Under the pieces are notes generated by a model. The model worked only from the letters and a program-made list of their open reading frames with translations, did no database searches and had not been told where the DNA came from. Positions 1-10,983 of a stretch of DNA of 64,000 nt are shown in pieces. The stretch is from Candidatus Hydrogenedentota bacterium (GTDB lineage Bacteria; Hydrogenedentota; Hydrogenedentia; Hydrogenedentales; SLHB01), in the NCBI GenBank assembly GCA_963668025.2, contig CAXXTH010000008.1, positions 1 to 64,000 of the forward strand, given 5' to 3'. Position 1 is the stretch's first letter. Every line of letters begins with the position of its first letter. A program made the translations under genes and the position numbers.

Positions 1-1
1 A

Positions 2-112
2 TTGGCCCATCGTATCCTCGTCAAATCGCGTGATGGCAATCCTCTTGCTTCCGCCCGGGCGCGGGCGCTGGCCGTTACGGAAGTTCTGAAACACGTTCCC
101 ATGCCCGAGTAG
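2..112 (+). CDS. MoxR-family AAA+ ATPase, C-terminal fragment (partial at window edge)
   Basis: Frame 2 reads LAHRILVKSR...EVLKHVPMPE*, a typical MoxR C-terminus, directly upstream of DUF58 and transglutaminase genes. Confidence 0.75.
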   Translation: MAHRILVKSRDGNPLASARARALAVTEVLKHVPMPE

Positions 113-115
113 CCC

Positions 116-1189
116 ATGCATAAACAGCATAAAGCGCGTTATATCTGTTTGCCCGGATGGGTATTCCTCGTGGCGGCTGTTTTAGTGCTGCTTGCGGGAT
201 GGAACACGGGAACGAACCTCTTTTATGTGTTGTTTGGTGGCATGGCCGGATTCCTCGTGGTGTCGTGGATGGTTTCCAAGTGGCCCTTGCGCTCCCTGGA
301 AGCCTTCCGGGAAGGCCCAGCGTCCGTATATCGAGGCGTGCGGATCCCAACCGCGTTGCGCATCCGGAACACCAGCCGCTTTTTTCCCGCGCCGGTGCTG
401 CATGTGGAGCGGCTTGACGGCTTCGATACGCCGGAGGCGTTTATTCATCAGATTCCCGCCCAGCATGAAGCGTTGTTGACTATCTACGAGCGATTCGAAC
501 GCCGGGGCGTATACCCGCTTCCGCCCATCGAGCTGGTGACATCATTTCCTTTCGGACTGATCGAGCGTCGCCTGCGCGTAGCCGATGGCCCGGAAGTGGT
601 GGTGTATCCCCGTGTCCATGCCTTGCGTCCTTCCGCCCTCGAATTGGCCAGCCAAGGAGGACGCCTTGTCCGGCGCAGGCGGGGGCAAGGCGACGAATTT
701 TACTCGATGCGCCAATACATTCCAGGAGACGATTTGAGAAGAATTGCATGGCGCGCCAGCGCCCGCGCCAATACGCTTCTCGTGAAGGAACTGGAACAGG
801 AAACATCCCGCGATGTGGCGTGCATATTTGACAACCGGCAAACAGCAGATGCGGATTCGGCTGAGCAGTATTTTGAAGACGCCGTGGAATTAGCCGCCTC
901 GTTGGCCGTGACGCTGCTCCAGCGCCAATATCGCGTCGCCCTTATCACCGCCACTTCGGCAGCGCCTCTGGGCGAAGGCCCCACCCAGATTGCGCGGGTT
1001 TTAGACATGCTGGCGCGTGTGATGCCAGCTCCCGATGGCTCGGCCGATCCATTTGCGTATGCATGCAGCCAGCAGCATAGCGCGGGCTTGCGTTTGCTGG
1101 CCGTGTCGCCGAATCCCGGTTCCTGGGGGCGCGCGCTTGCTGGCGCTGGCGTGCATGTGCTCGATCCGCGCGAGGCCCTTTATGCGTAA
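116..1189 (+). CDS. DUF58 domain protein
   Basis: N-terminal TM helices, RRGVYPL...FPFGL, EFYSMRQYIPGDDLRRIAWRASAR...LLVKE motifs. Confidence 0.92.
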   Translation: MHKQHKARYICLPGWVFLVAAVLVLLAGWNTGTNLFYVLFGGMAGFLVVSWMVSKWPLRSLEAFREGPASVYRGVRIPTALRIRNTSRFFPAPVLHVERLDGFDTPEAFIHQIPAQHEALLTIYERFERRGVYPLPPIELVTSFPFGLIERRLRVADGPEVVVYPRVHALRPSALELASQGGRLVRRRRGQGDEFYSMRQYIPGDDLRRIAWRASARANTLLVKELEQETSRDVACIFDNRQTADADSAEQYFEDAVELAASLAVTLLQRQYRVALITATSAAPLGEGPTQIARVLDMLARVMPAPDGSADPFAYACSQQHSAGLRLLAVSPNPGSWGRALAGAGVHVLDPREALYA

Positions 1190-3339
1190 AAGTGTCGAGC
1201 GCGCCCTCTTTATCAGCTCCGCCGTGTTGGTGTTGGCGGGGTATGGGGCGCTTGCCGCCAGCGGCGTTATTGGCCCTTTATTATTGCTGCCCCCGCTTGC
1301 CCTCTTTTTCATATCTCCTTTGGCGGAATATTTGGACGAGAAGCACCGAAGCTATCGGACCTTCACCTCAGCGGTTACGGTTCTTTTCACCCTGTTGACG
1401 TTAGCCACTTATTTTGTTTTAGGCTTGTTCGCCACCGTGCTTGTCTTGGTGAGTTTCATTATAGTCCATAAATACTTCCACCGCAGGACTTCCCGTGATT
1501 ACCACCAGCTTCTTCTTATGGCGTTTTTTCTCCTTTTATGCGCCTGTGCGCGGGATCCGGAGCCGATCATTGGTGTATTCCTGTTCGTGTTTCTCCTCGC
1601 CGCCACTACGTCCTATATGCTGCTCCATATGCAATCCGAGATCGCCGCAATACCGGGTGAATCCATCATCATGCTCGCCCCCATAGGCGCGCCGGGCGCA
1701 TTGTACACCCCGGCTCGCGCCACACTGGGCAGCCTGCGTCTGGCGTATTGGAGCATCGGCCTCAGCGTGGGCTGCATGGCCGTCTTGGTTCTGTTATTCA
1801 TTTTAACACCTCGCATGGAAGCGGGCATTTTACAGCGGGAGCGCACGGATCAGGCCATCACGGGAATCAGCGACGACCTGGATATGCGATTCTTCGGCTC
1901 CATCGAGGCCGATCCTACCGTAGCGATGCGGGTGCAATTCCCAGAAGAGCCAGAAGGCAGATATAATGGCCCCCTATATTGGCGTGTCGCCCCTTATCAT
2001 GAATATGCCGGTTCCCGCTGGCTTAGGGGCATCTTGCGGGGCTGGGTGAATGACGGCTCGCCTAAGCCTGCCTTTTATAGCACGGGCCTTCGCCTGCTCG
2101 AACGCACTTCCTCGGGCAATCTGCATAGCACCAGGCAGCAGATTACGCTGGAAAAAGCCCCCTCATTTGGTTTGCCAGCGCTACAATATCCGGTTCGCCT
2201 CGAGGCGCATGATACTTTTGTCTCATGGTCGCCCGATGGAGATTACACGATACAAGGTTCCGGACTGCCCGAAACCGTGCATTATGATGTTTGGGTCGGA
2301 GGCTCCGTTCCTAGATGAGGCCGCATTGCGGGCCGCTCCTACAAATTACGAAGAGGTGATGCCGAAAGACTATGAAAACCTCACTCGCCATTATTTAAAC
2401 GAAGACGCGGTTTCGCTTGCACAAAGGATTACCGCTGAGACGGATGCGCCGTATGATAAAGCGAAAGCCGTCGAGGCTTGGCTAAGCTCAAGCGCCTTCA
2501 GCTACTCCCTGGATGTGCCCGCATATGGCGGCTCAAATCCTATCAATGAATTTCTACTCAAGGGCCGCCGGGGCCATTGCCAGCTTTTCGCCACGGCCAT
2601 GGCGCTCATGCTGCGCAGCCAGGGCATACCCACCCGGGTGGTGAGCGGGTATCGTGGCGGCGATTGGAACGAGTCGGACAAATCCTATCTTGTGCTGCAA
2701 AGCCACGCTCATCTGTGGGTCGAAGTGTATATTATCGGCCACGGCTGGCTGCCTTTCGACCCATCGCCACAAGCCGACCGGTTCGAGTTGATCCGTTCGC
2801 GTTTTTCGCGCGTCTTGGCGAAAATGGGGCTTCGCGCGAATCTATTCTGGTACCGCAATGTGATCTCGTACAGCGGAGGGCTGTCATATGGCGTTTTTCG
2901 CCAGTTTTTGGCTTCTTGGTTTGATGAGGGAGCTTCCATCGGTTCTAGCGGCAAAACCTCCTTTTCCATCCCCCGTATACAGCCTCTGATTCCCGTCATC
3001 GGATTCCTGGGTGTTATTATAGGCATGTATGCGCTATATGTGCTCGTGCGTGCGGAAAACCAAGAGCGGAAATTCGGCGCGCTGACGGAAGACCAGCGAC
3101 GCGCGGTGCGTTTGTTCCTGCGCTTCAAACGGGAAGCGGCGCGGCTTGGCCTGCCTTGTGAAGGCCGCACCGCAGGTGAGCTCCTGGAATTAGCGATGAA
3201 CGTGGCCTCGCTTGATATGCAACAGGCCTCCCATATATTAGCCATTTACGAACGCGCCCGTTTTGGACGCGCCCCTCTTTCCTCGGGACTATATGCCCAA
3301 CTCATGCGCGCCGTACGTAAAATTCGGCGAACTTCTTAG
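1182..3339 (+). CDS. Membrane transglutaminase (TgpA-like, DUF3488 + transglutaminase); +1 frameshift near 2293
   Basis: TM N-terminus and LYWR motif in ORF ending 2318; GHCQLFATAM...GIPTRVVSGY...HAHLWVEVY...DPSP in ORF ending 3339. Removing one G from GGG 2293-2295 joins them (DVWSEAPFLD). Confidence 0.88.
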
Positions 3340-3407
3340 CCGGCTAAAAAAATATTTTGTACCGGCGTGCACATGCCATACACTATCTCCAAGCGTGGAG
3401 AGGCGAT

Positions 3408-3857
3408 ATGTCAAGATTCGATCATGACTATGTAAACGAAATCATCAAACGCCTGAATAGTTTGGCTGCGGACGCACGCCCCGAATGGGGAGCCATGACA
3501 GCGCCCGAGATGGTTGATCATCTTGCCTCGTTTGTCCGGTATTCCATGGGTCGCGGGCCTCAATATCCCGACCAGGGTTCGTGGTTTTCGCGCTATATCC
3601 TCTCATGGCTCTTGTTGCGTGGGATCATACGTATCCCAAAGAATCTGCAAGCGCCAAAACCTCTTTCCCCGCCGCGAAAGACGTCGCTTTGTGATGTGGA
3701 AACTTTTCACGGTTTGCTCGAAGAATACCTAAGCCTGGTCCAGGCGGGAGAGTTGGAGCCTCCGCCACATCCTTTTTTCGGCGCGATTGGCGTGGATGGC
3801 TGGGCGCGCATGCATGTCCTTCATTTTGAACATCATATGCGCCAATTTGGGGTATAA
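3408..3857 (+). CDS. DUF1569 (DinB-like) protein
   Basis: WGAMT..EMVDHL, HPFFG, HFEHHMRQFGV motifs; GGAG RBS before ATG 3408. Confidence 0.88.
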   Translation: MSRFDHDYVNEIIKRLNSLAADARPEWGAMTAPEMVDHLASFVRYSMGRGPQYPDQGSWFSRYILSWLLLRGIIRIPKNLQAPKPLSPPRKTSLCDVETFHGLLEEYLSLVQAGELEPPPHPFFGAIGVDGWARMHVLHFEHHMRQFGV

Positions 3858-3958
3858 GGTTAGGGCGTAACTCTGTCTCCGCCATATAAATCCGCACTGC
3901 AGCGACGGAGCGCCGCCAGCCCCAGAAAATGCCATTATTTTCATGAATAAAGCCTCTC

Positions 3959-3981
3959 GTAGCATGGGCGTCCCGCCCATG
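3959..3981 (+). repeat. REP-like palindrome GTAGCATGGGCGTCCCGCCCATG
   Basis: GTAG followed by a hairpin; near-identical copies at 16492-16538 (inverted pair) and 40195-40217. Confidence 0.75.
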
Positions 3982-4217
3982 TCTGGAGCTTCTCCATTAT
4001 CAAGCGTCCGCAGTGCTGCTTACATGCAATCCTGAACTGCCCTGGCCTATACGAGATTTCCAGAATGACCAATAAAATCAGAAAAATGACCCACCCGGGG
4101 TAAGATAATTCCTTTTGGTATTCTTGATTCATTAACACTTGCAGGTCTTCGCAGGCCTAGTCTATCATGTGGCCTGCTTCTTGTTTGGCCCGTTCTCTAT
4201 TGGTGGGGTTGCGCAGC

Positions 4218-5481
4218 ATGTCGGCCGGGATGGATGAAAATGCCCTGTGGCTTTCGAATGTTTCGCCGGAAGAACTCCGGCGGATCATTAATGTGCTGTA
4301 CCGCGTCCATCGTTTCATTTCCGTCATCACCGATCTCGATACCTTGCTGGAACAGGTTATGGAAGAAAGCAAAGAGGTGGCGGACGCGGAAGCGTGCAGC
4401 CTCATGCTATATGACCCGAAGCAAGATGAATTGTATTTCCATGTGGCGCTGGGAGAGAGCGGCGATCAACAGGCGCTGAAGCGGGAAATCCGGCTTTCAT
4501 TGGGGACAAGGCATTGCGGGCGCCGCCGCCGCTTCGCGGCATTCCGTCAATGTCCCGGATGTGCGCACGGACCCACGGTTTTACCGGTCCGCCGACGAAG
4601 TGACGCAGTTCGAGAGCCGCTCGATTCTTGCCGTACCCTTGCTCGACCATGACAAGCTTGTAGGGGTGCTCGAGGTGCTCAATAAGCGCGGCGGCGGGGC
4701 ATTCACCGATGCCGATCTGCATGTCATGGAAATTTTTTCAAGCCTTGTCGCCACGTCTATCGCCAATGCGCGGCTAATTGAAGAGAATCTGCGCACGGCG
4801 CGCTTGGCGGCTATCGGAGAAGCCGTGGCGGGCCTGTCTCATTTTACCAAGAATATTCTCACGGGCATGGGCGGAAGTATTGATCTCATCGACCAAGCCC
4901 TGAAATCGAACCAGGTCGAGAGCCTCCAGCGATGTTGGCCGGTGCTCAAGAGGAGCACTACGCGCATTGCCGATCTGGTCGAAGATATGCTGGCCTTTTC
5001 GAAAGAACGTGAACCTCTCCGGCATAAATGCGCCATCGAAGCCGTTGTCAAAGACGCTGTCGATACGTTTTATGGCCTGTTGGTGCGCAAACAAGTTGCC
5101 GTGGATGTCGATACGGCCGGCGTAACCGGGCCCGCTTATGTCGACGCTCGAGGCATTTTGCGCTGCCTGATCAACCTGCTGTCAAATGCTTCCGATGCGG
5201 TTCCGCCTGAAAACGGGCGCGTATGGGTGAAGGCGTATCACAACGGATGTGGCGCGTTATTGCTCGAAGTGGCTGATAATGGCGCGGGGGTTCCCGAAGA
5301 ATTGCGACAACAGGTGTTCGAACCGTTCTTTTCAACAAAAGGCACTCGGGGCACGGGACTAGGTTTGGCGGTGACATGCAAGATTGTGCGTGAGCATGGT
5401 GGGACGCTGTCCATTAAAACACGGGAAGGTGGCGGCGCCCTTTTTCAAATCGTATTGCCTGCCGTTCAAGAAAGGGAGTGA
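4218..5481 (+). CDS. GAF-sensor histidine kinase; +1 frameshift near 4502
   Basis: GAF domain split at GGGG 4502-4505 (repair gives LGQGIAG); H-box LSHFTKN, N-box NLLSNA, DNGAG, FFSTK, GTGLGL. Confidence 0.88.
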
Positions 5482-5487
5482 ATCGCT

Positions 5488-5766
5488 GTGAAAAAGATTG
5501 TAAAAAAAACGGCCCGGAGATTTCATTTTGATGCGGCGGGCTGGGAGTTCTGGACCGTGCTGTTTGTTATATTTACGTTTCCCTTCACCTACCTATCTTG
5601 GATTTTCCGCGACAAAAGCGCCTCATTTTTCACCTCTCTTATTTTCGGAATCTTTGCGTCGGCGATTACAGCAGGCCTTATCGCATGGGCTGTAAACTCT
5701 ATTTTACAGTGGAGAACCAGGCGCCAGCGCATTGAAGGACGGAAGAAAGTTAAAAAACACCATTAA
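5488..5766 (+). CDS. Small membrane protein (2 TM)
   Basis: Two hydrophobic segments, basic termini, co-oriented right after the kinase. Confidence 0.65.
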   Translation: MKKIVKKTARRFHFDAAGWEFWTVLFVIFTFPFTYLSWIFRDKSASFFTSLIFGIFASAITAGLIAWAVNSILQWRTRRQRIEGRKKVKKHH

Positions 5767-5811
5767 GAAAGGCGCTGTGCGCATGCACAAGCCGGAGAGA
5801 AGAGGCGTCCA

Positions 5812-7269
5812 TTGATGGATGTGGCGGAACTGGCTGCATACATAGAAACCCATCCAGACGAGCATGAGCAGCGCTGGCGGCTTGCCAGGGCGTTGTATAA
5901 ATCGATGGACTATAGCGCCGCCTTGGCCCATTTGCGCGTGTTGCATGAACAATGGGAACCCTACATCTACGTCGAGCGCTATTTGGGGGCGGCGTTATAC
6001 CGCCTGGGCGAATATGAACAGGCCGCTTCGGTGATTGAAAACGCCCTCGTGTTATGGCCGGATGAAGTGTCCTTACGCCAGCAATTGGCCCGCATATACG
6101 AAAAATCGGGACAGATGGAAAAGGCTTCCGCCGTCTGGCGGACCCTCTACCATTCTGGACAAGAAGGGAATGATTCCGCCCAATCCCTTGAATCCAATGA
6201 AAAGCTTACTCCCATCTCTGGGAAAAGCGCTGGCCGGGATAGCGCGCTGGAGTTAGGAAAAAGCAAAGATTGCGTTAAGTGTGGGGCGCAAAACAGCGAG
6301 AAAAGGGATGTGTGCTGGCAATGCGGCGCACCATTCGGAATAGAACTCACCATAGATTCGGATGCCCCGGCGGCGGACGCAAATCCTTGGCCGCAGTGGA
6401 TTTGGGTGCTATGGGGCGGGCTCTTTATGGCGGCCCTGTGCACGGTGGGTGTTTATATAACGCTTCAGAACCTGTTTCAGGCGCTTGCGCCGGATGGGGG
6501 AGAGGCCATACGGCGCTCTACGCTGGATGGGTTGTTGGCGGAACGCTTGCTGGCTTATCGAATCACGGCGGGTGTGGGCCTGTTTTTTCTATGGCCATGG
6601 ATGTTACGCCGAGCATTGCGCCTATTGGGGGCGGCCTCCGTCCTGCGAGCTACCATCAACACCACGGGCCTGCTCCTGGCGGCCGCGGCTTATGCCGCAT
6701 TATGGGGGCCGATCCGCCTGCTGCCAATTATGGCGCTTGTCCTGCTCGCCAGCTCCTTTGTGCTTACGGCAGCCACATTGCGCATAACCATGAAGCATGC
6801 CTTCATGGTTTGGATGGCGCAGTGCGCCGTTATTCCTGTGTGGCTGGTTATTTGCCTTGCCGGATATGAGGGCGTTCGCCCGCTGCTCGAGTCTCCCGCC
6901 ATCATGCGCTTTGCCATCCATGAACACCAACGCATTACGCCAGGGTATTACGCCGCCACGCGCTTGTACCTTCCCACTACGCTCCGCTTAACATGGGCGA
7001 GCACAGGCTCCTCTTGGCTCGATGCGCAAGCCGCTCCTCCTACGTTCGAGATTATCACCGGGATGGAAATGCTTCCCTTAACGTATGTGCTCGACCAAGA
7101 TGGGGGGCAGACGTTAATGCATGATGTCGTGGCGGGAACGCCTTACCGACGTACCGCCGGGCGCATCCAGCCAGGTGCGCCGTATATCCTCGCCATGAAT
7201 GCGCCCCTGCCAGGGAATGCAATAGTGGCGTGTTACAGCCTTCTGCCGTTGGCCATGCAGCTTCAATAA
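5812..7269 (+). CDS. TPR + zinc-ribbon + multi-TM protein
   Basis: N-terminal TPR-like helices, CxxC-x10-CxxC (CVKC...CWQC), about 6 TM segments. Confidence 0.75.
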   Translation: MMDVAELAAYIETHPDEHEQRWRLARALYKSMDYSAALAHLRVLHEQWEPYIYVERYLGAALYRLGEYEQAASVIENALVLWPDEVSLRQQLARIYEKSGQMEKASAVWRTLYHSGQEGNDSAQSLESNEKLTPISGKSAGRDSALELGKSKDCVKCGAQNSEKRDVCWQCGAPFGIELTIDSDAPAADANPWPQWIWVLWGGLFMAALCTVGVYITLQNLFQALAPDGGEAIRRSTLDGLLAERLLAYRITAGVGLFFLWPWMLRRALRLLGAASVLRATINTTGLLLAAAAYAALWGPIRLLPIMALVLLASSFVLTAATLRITMKHAFMVWMAQCAVIPVWLVICLAGYEGVRPLLESPAIMRFAIHEHQRITPGYYAATRLYLPTTLRLTWASTGSSWLDAQAAPPTFEIITGMEMLPLTYVLDQDGGQTLMHDVVAGTPYRRTAGRIQPGAPYILAMNAPLPGNAIVACYSLLPLAMQLQ

Positions 7270-7317
7270 GCACGAGCGGCTTGGCTTGCGCCGCGTTGTA
7301 TCTGGGCGTGGCATTCT

Positions 7318-8559
7318 TCATTCGACTCTGGAGCAGGCTTCCGCTTTCTCGATGGCTGGCTCGTAGCCGCCGAGTCTCGTTCCCGCGAGATGGATTGCGA
7401 GGCCAAGGCTAAGGGCTCCCAGCATGATCCACGACATGGGGGCCGGTGTGCCGTCGCGCCAGACGCTTGCCAGTCCGCTGGCCAGGCTGGCAAACCCAAA
7501 TTGCAGCAAGCCAAACAAGGCGGAGGCCACGCCCGCCTTGCCACAACAGTCCCGCATGGCAATGGCAACGGAGTTGGCAAAAATCACCGGCAACGCCGCA
7601 ATCGCCAGCCAAAGTGGAATCATGTAAAGAAACATGGATGCCTGGCCAGAGAGCATAACCAACGCTCCGCAGGAAACTAGCGCAAAAACCATGGCGCGGG
7701 TAATCATCCAGCCAGGGGAGTATTTGCGCGCCAGCAGATTGTTTAATTGCGCGGCAATAAATGTTCCCACCGTATTGGATGCAAAAATCATCGTGTATTG
7801 GGCCTTGCTAACACCAAAAACGTTCATGAAAACGTAAGGCGACGCGCTAATATACGCGAACAAGAACGAACCGGCCACGGCTCCGGCGAGCGCCGGAATA
7901 ATAAAGGGGCGGTAACACAGCATTTCCCAATAGTCCCTGATGATTTGAGACATATTCACTTTGCGCCGGGCCTCTGGCGGCAAGCTTTCCGGTAATCCCC
8001 AGACCGATGCGGCAAGACATGCCACTCCAAATACGCCCATACATACAAACGTTTCACGCCACCCCCACCGCACCAGAATGAAGGCGCCCAACACCGGCGC
8101 TAAAATCGGCGCCAAGCCCTGTACGACGCCAAGCATCGCATAGACTTTGGCCGACTGGCGGAAATCGAACAGATCACGCACCACCGCGCGCCCAATAATC
8201 ATGCCCGAGCATCCGCCCAACGCCTGAAACAGGCGCAACGCAATGACAGTTTCAATGCTCGGTGCGACGACAATCAAGAACGACGAGACGACAAATACGG
8301 CCACGCCAATTAAAAGAGGCCTTTTTCGTCCAAACCGGTCAACCAGGGGGCCGTAAAGCACCTGGCCCACGGCAAGGCCAAAAAAATACACCGAAAACGT
8401 GAGCTGGGCCTTCGATATGTCGGTGCGGAAGCTCTCCGCGATGCTGCCCACCCCAGCCAAATACATGTCCGTGCCCACCGGGGCAAACATGGACAATGCG
8501 CCTAAAATAATCGAAAGCCGGATAACGGGAAATGCTGAACGGTGCTGATTATGCATCAT
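7318..8559 (-). CDS. Bcr/CflA multidrug efflux MFS transporter
   Basis: GTDMYL, GPLVDRFGRKRPL, RLFQALGG, APILAPVLG, LPESLP motifs. Confidence 0.95.
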   Translation of the reverse strand: MMHNQHRSAFPVIRLSIILGALSMFAPVGTDMYLAGVGSIAESFRTDISKAQLTFSVYFFGLAVGQVLYGPLVDRFGRKRPLLIGVAVFVVSSFLIVVAPSIETVIALRLFQALGGCSGMIIGRAVVRDLFDFRQSAKVYAMLGVVQGLAPILAPVLGAFILVRWGWRETFVCMGVFGVACLAASVWGLPESLPPEARRKVNMSQIIRDYWEMLCYRPFIIPALAGAVAGSFLFAYISASPYVFMNVFGVSKAQYTMIFASNTVGTFIAAQLNNLLARKYSPGWMITRAMVFALVSCGALVMLSGQASMFLYMIPLWLAIAALPVIFANSVAIAMRDCCGKAGVASALFGLLQFGFASLASGLASVWRDGTPAPMSWIMLGALSLGLAIHLAGTRLGGYEPAIEKAEACSRVE

Positions 8560-8570
8560 AATACCTTGGT

Positions 8571-9101
8571 TTATGCCTCATCTTCTTGTTCTGGCGCATT
8601 CTTGACCATCGCCCTGGCGTTCGCTTCCATCCGGAGCAGCAAATCAATTACGGTTTCCCGCTCCTCTGGCGTAAACCCATCGGTGAGGCTGCCACCCCAT
8701 TCCGAGGCGATAACAAACATTTTCCTCTCCATCGCAAGGGCCTTGCGCGTCAGATAAACACGGACCGAACGGCGGTCCGACGGGTCTTGCTGGCGCTCGA
8801 CCAGCCCATATTCCTGGAGTTGTTGGACTGCCCGCGTGATGCTGCCTTTGTCGATAAAAACCAACTCGCAGAGTTCATCCTGGCGGCAGCCATTGTGCCG
8901 GAACAACTCCCCGAGCACGATGATCTTGTTCATGCTCATTCCAAAAAAATGCGTGGAGCGCGCACTGTTCATGACGCATGCCCGCGAAATGGCATTGACA
9001 AGCCGGACAAGAATACGCGCCCGGCTTGCTTTCAGCGCATCGACCTCCTCGTGCGTCTGCGACAGGCCGTCCTTCAGGCTCTTCTGAGTTTTTGGGGCCA
9101 T
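8571..9101 (-). CDS. MarR-family regulator
   Basis: DKGSITRAVQQL...GLVER..DPSDRRSVRVYLT wHTH motif; AGGAG RBS upstream of ATG 9101. Confidence 0.92.
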   Translation of the reverse strand: MAPKTQKSLKDGLSQTHEEVDALKASRARILVRLVNAISRACVMNSARSTHFFGMSMNKIIVLGELFRHNGCRQDELCELVFIDKGSITRAVQQLQEYGLVERQQDPSDRRSVRVYLTRKALAMERKMFVIASEWGGSLTDGFTPEERETVIDLLLRMEANARAMVKNAPEQEDEA

Positions 9102-9222
9102 TCTTCCACTCCTATACGTCTCAAACACGCGAAAGCTTACATAACAACAGCGGCCATAACAGCCATTTCCAGGAAACACATCTCGTCGATCAACATAGAC
9201 CAAAACGATTCTAGCATACATT

Positions 9223-9240
9223 TAGTTGCAGTTGCAACTA
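9223..9240. promoter_or_regulatory. Putative MarR operator TAGTTGCA-GT-TGCAACTA
   Basis: Perfect 8-2-8 inverted repeat upstream of the marR-bcr operon. Confidence 0.7.
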
Positions 9241-9454
9241 TTTTGAAGGGGCGGGGCACACGACAAGCAGCGTCGCTACGGGAACGGCATACGGCTGCCC
9301 ATTATCTTGCGTGGACTGGAACGGATTCATCCCCGGTGGGTGAAACTCAACAACTGCGCCGAAACACAAAAGGAACTGCTCGAAGACCTCCGCGCGATAG
9401 TCCTAGGGATTCATCGCTCTAGATATGCTATACATCCCATCAGGGCTTACGCAT

Positions 9455-10612
9455 CTAAATTCCCAGTAAACGTAGAAGGTATTCGGGGTCGAGTGCAGCA
9501 GCGAAGCGCTTGCCCCTGAGGAAATCTTTGTTGGTCTTGTCTTTCTTGAGGAGGTTGAGTGTAATTCTCCTCAAGGAGGCGAGATTCTGGGCGGCGTTTC
9601 TTGTTCGGGCGCGGTTGTCGTCTTCGCGAAAGATAATGTCTAGGCACCAGTGCAAATTGTTTTCCACGCCCCAGTGTCCACGCACGGCGTGGGCGAATCG
9701 TCGTGCGTCGAGGGGCAGGCTGCTCAAGTAGTAGCGCCGCTCGATGGTGTTCTTCCCTTTTTCCTTGCGGATGGACTCGACCATGCCGAAACTCTTGAGG
9801 CCCTTCCAAAGTCCTTTGTCCTCGAACCAGCCCAAGTCGGTGGATTGCCAGTATCGGCGGGTTTCGATGCGGCCATGCCCCTTGTCGATGGTCTGGTGGA
9901 AATCCATCCGTGTGGCGTCGGCTGTTGGCGCGCACTGGGTGGCGCAAGGGGGAACGGCGTCCTTGAAAAAGGCCTTCACTTCTTCTAGGGCGGTGGCGTG
10001 GTTGCCTTTGAGGGCCAGCACGTAGTCGGCCTGCCGTTGGATAATGTGGGAGGCGATATCCTTCTGGCAGCCCATGGCGTCCAGGGTGACGATGGCTCCC
10101 TTGAGCTTTAAGGCGTTGAGGAGTTTGGGGACGGCGGTGATTTCGTTGGATTTCTCGTCCACCTTGACCTGCCCCAGCGCCAGGCCGTGCTCGCAAGCCC
10201 ATGCGCTGACGATGTAGGGGATGGCCTCCCCCTGATTCAAGGCGCGCCGCAGGGCTTTGCCGTCAATGGCGACGACCTCATCGCTTAGATTGGGGCAAAT
10301 GCCCTGCACCCATTGGCCGAAGCATTCCAGAAAGGCATGGGGGTCGAGGGCGGAAAAGACCCGGTTGAAGGTGTCGTGCGAGGGGATGCCGCCGGGCAAT
10401 TCCAGGAAGCCCTTCAGCCAATCCTCCCGGAGCCAGCCGAAGCGCTCCATATCCGAAAAGCTCTCCCCGCCCACGAGGGCTGAGCATAGCCCAATCATCA
10501 AGATGTCAATGAAGTTGTGCCTGCGGGTCCGGTCCATGCGGGGATCAGGCAGGCCCGCGAAACACTCGATAATAGGCTTGGGCTTGGGCAGGGATTTCTT
10601 TTCAGCGGTCAT
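9455..10612 (-). CDS. ISAs1-family DDE transposase
   Basis: DPR, GIPSHDTF, AIDGK, KSNEITA, DAMGCQK, KGN, HGRIETR, HWGVENNLHW motifs. Confidence 0.97.
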   Translation of the reverse strand: MTAEKKSLPKPKPIIECFAGLPDPRMDRTRRHNFIDILMIGLCSALVGGESFSDMERFGWLREDWLKGFLELPGGIPSHDTFNRVFSALDPHAFLECFGQWVQGICPNLSDEVVAIDGKALRRALNQGEAIPYIVSAWACEHGLALGQVKVDEKSNEITAVPKLLNALKLKGAIVTLDAMGCQKDIASHIIQRQADYVLALKGNHATALEEVKAFFKDAVPPCATQCAPTADATRMDFHQTIDKGHGRIETRRYWQSTDLGWFEDKGLWKGLKSFGMVESIRKEKGKNTIERRYYLSSLPLDARRFAHAVRGHWGVENNLHWCLDIIFREDDNRARTRNAAQNLASLRRITLNLLKKDKTNKDFLRGKRFAAALDPEYLLRLLGI

Positions 10613-10646
10613 GGGGTGCTCCTTTCATTCATGCGCCGAAGCACTG

Positions 10647-10676
10647 TTGACTCTAGTATATAGAATTCTATATATT
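10647..10676 (+). promoter_or_regulatory. Promoter TTGACT-N18-TATATT with embedded 18-bp palindrome TATATAGAATTCTATATA
   Basis: Perfect palindrome 10657-10674 between the divergent IS genes; ATG 10684 lies 7 nt after the -10 box. Confidence 0.6.
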
Positions 10677-10683
10677 AAAATCC

Positions 10684-10983
10684 ATGAAGCACACCAAAAA
10701 GATGCAAGCATTGCTGGAGCGCATGGCGCAGATTGAGCGGATGGAGCGCGGAAAGCTCTGTCAAATGGGCGGGCGTCCCCACTTTAACCACCAGAGCTGG
10801 GAGAACGAGAAGAACGTGGTTCGCTATGTGCCGGCGCGCGAAACCGAGTTCCTAAAAGAGGCCATCAATGGCTACCAGGCTTTCATGAAGCTGGCTGAAC
10901 GCTACGTGGACGAAGTCGTCAAGCAAACCCGCCGTGAGCGCGCAAAGACCTTCCCCCAAGCGAAAAATCCCAGGCCACGTTGA
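10684..10983 (+). CDS. Small IS-encoded protein (DUF6788-like), divergent from the transposase
   Basis: 99-aa ORF inside the IS, identical in both copies; ERGKL...HQSW..KNVVRYV pattern. Confidence 0.75.
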   Translation: MKHTKKMQALLERMAQIERMERGKLCQMGGRPHFNHQSWENEKNVVRYVPARETEFLKEAINGYQAFMKLAERYVDEVVKQTRRERAKTFPQAKNPRPR

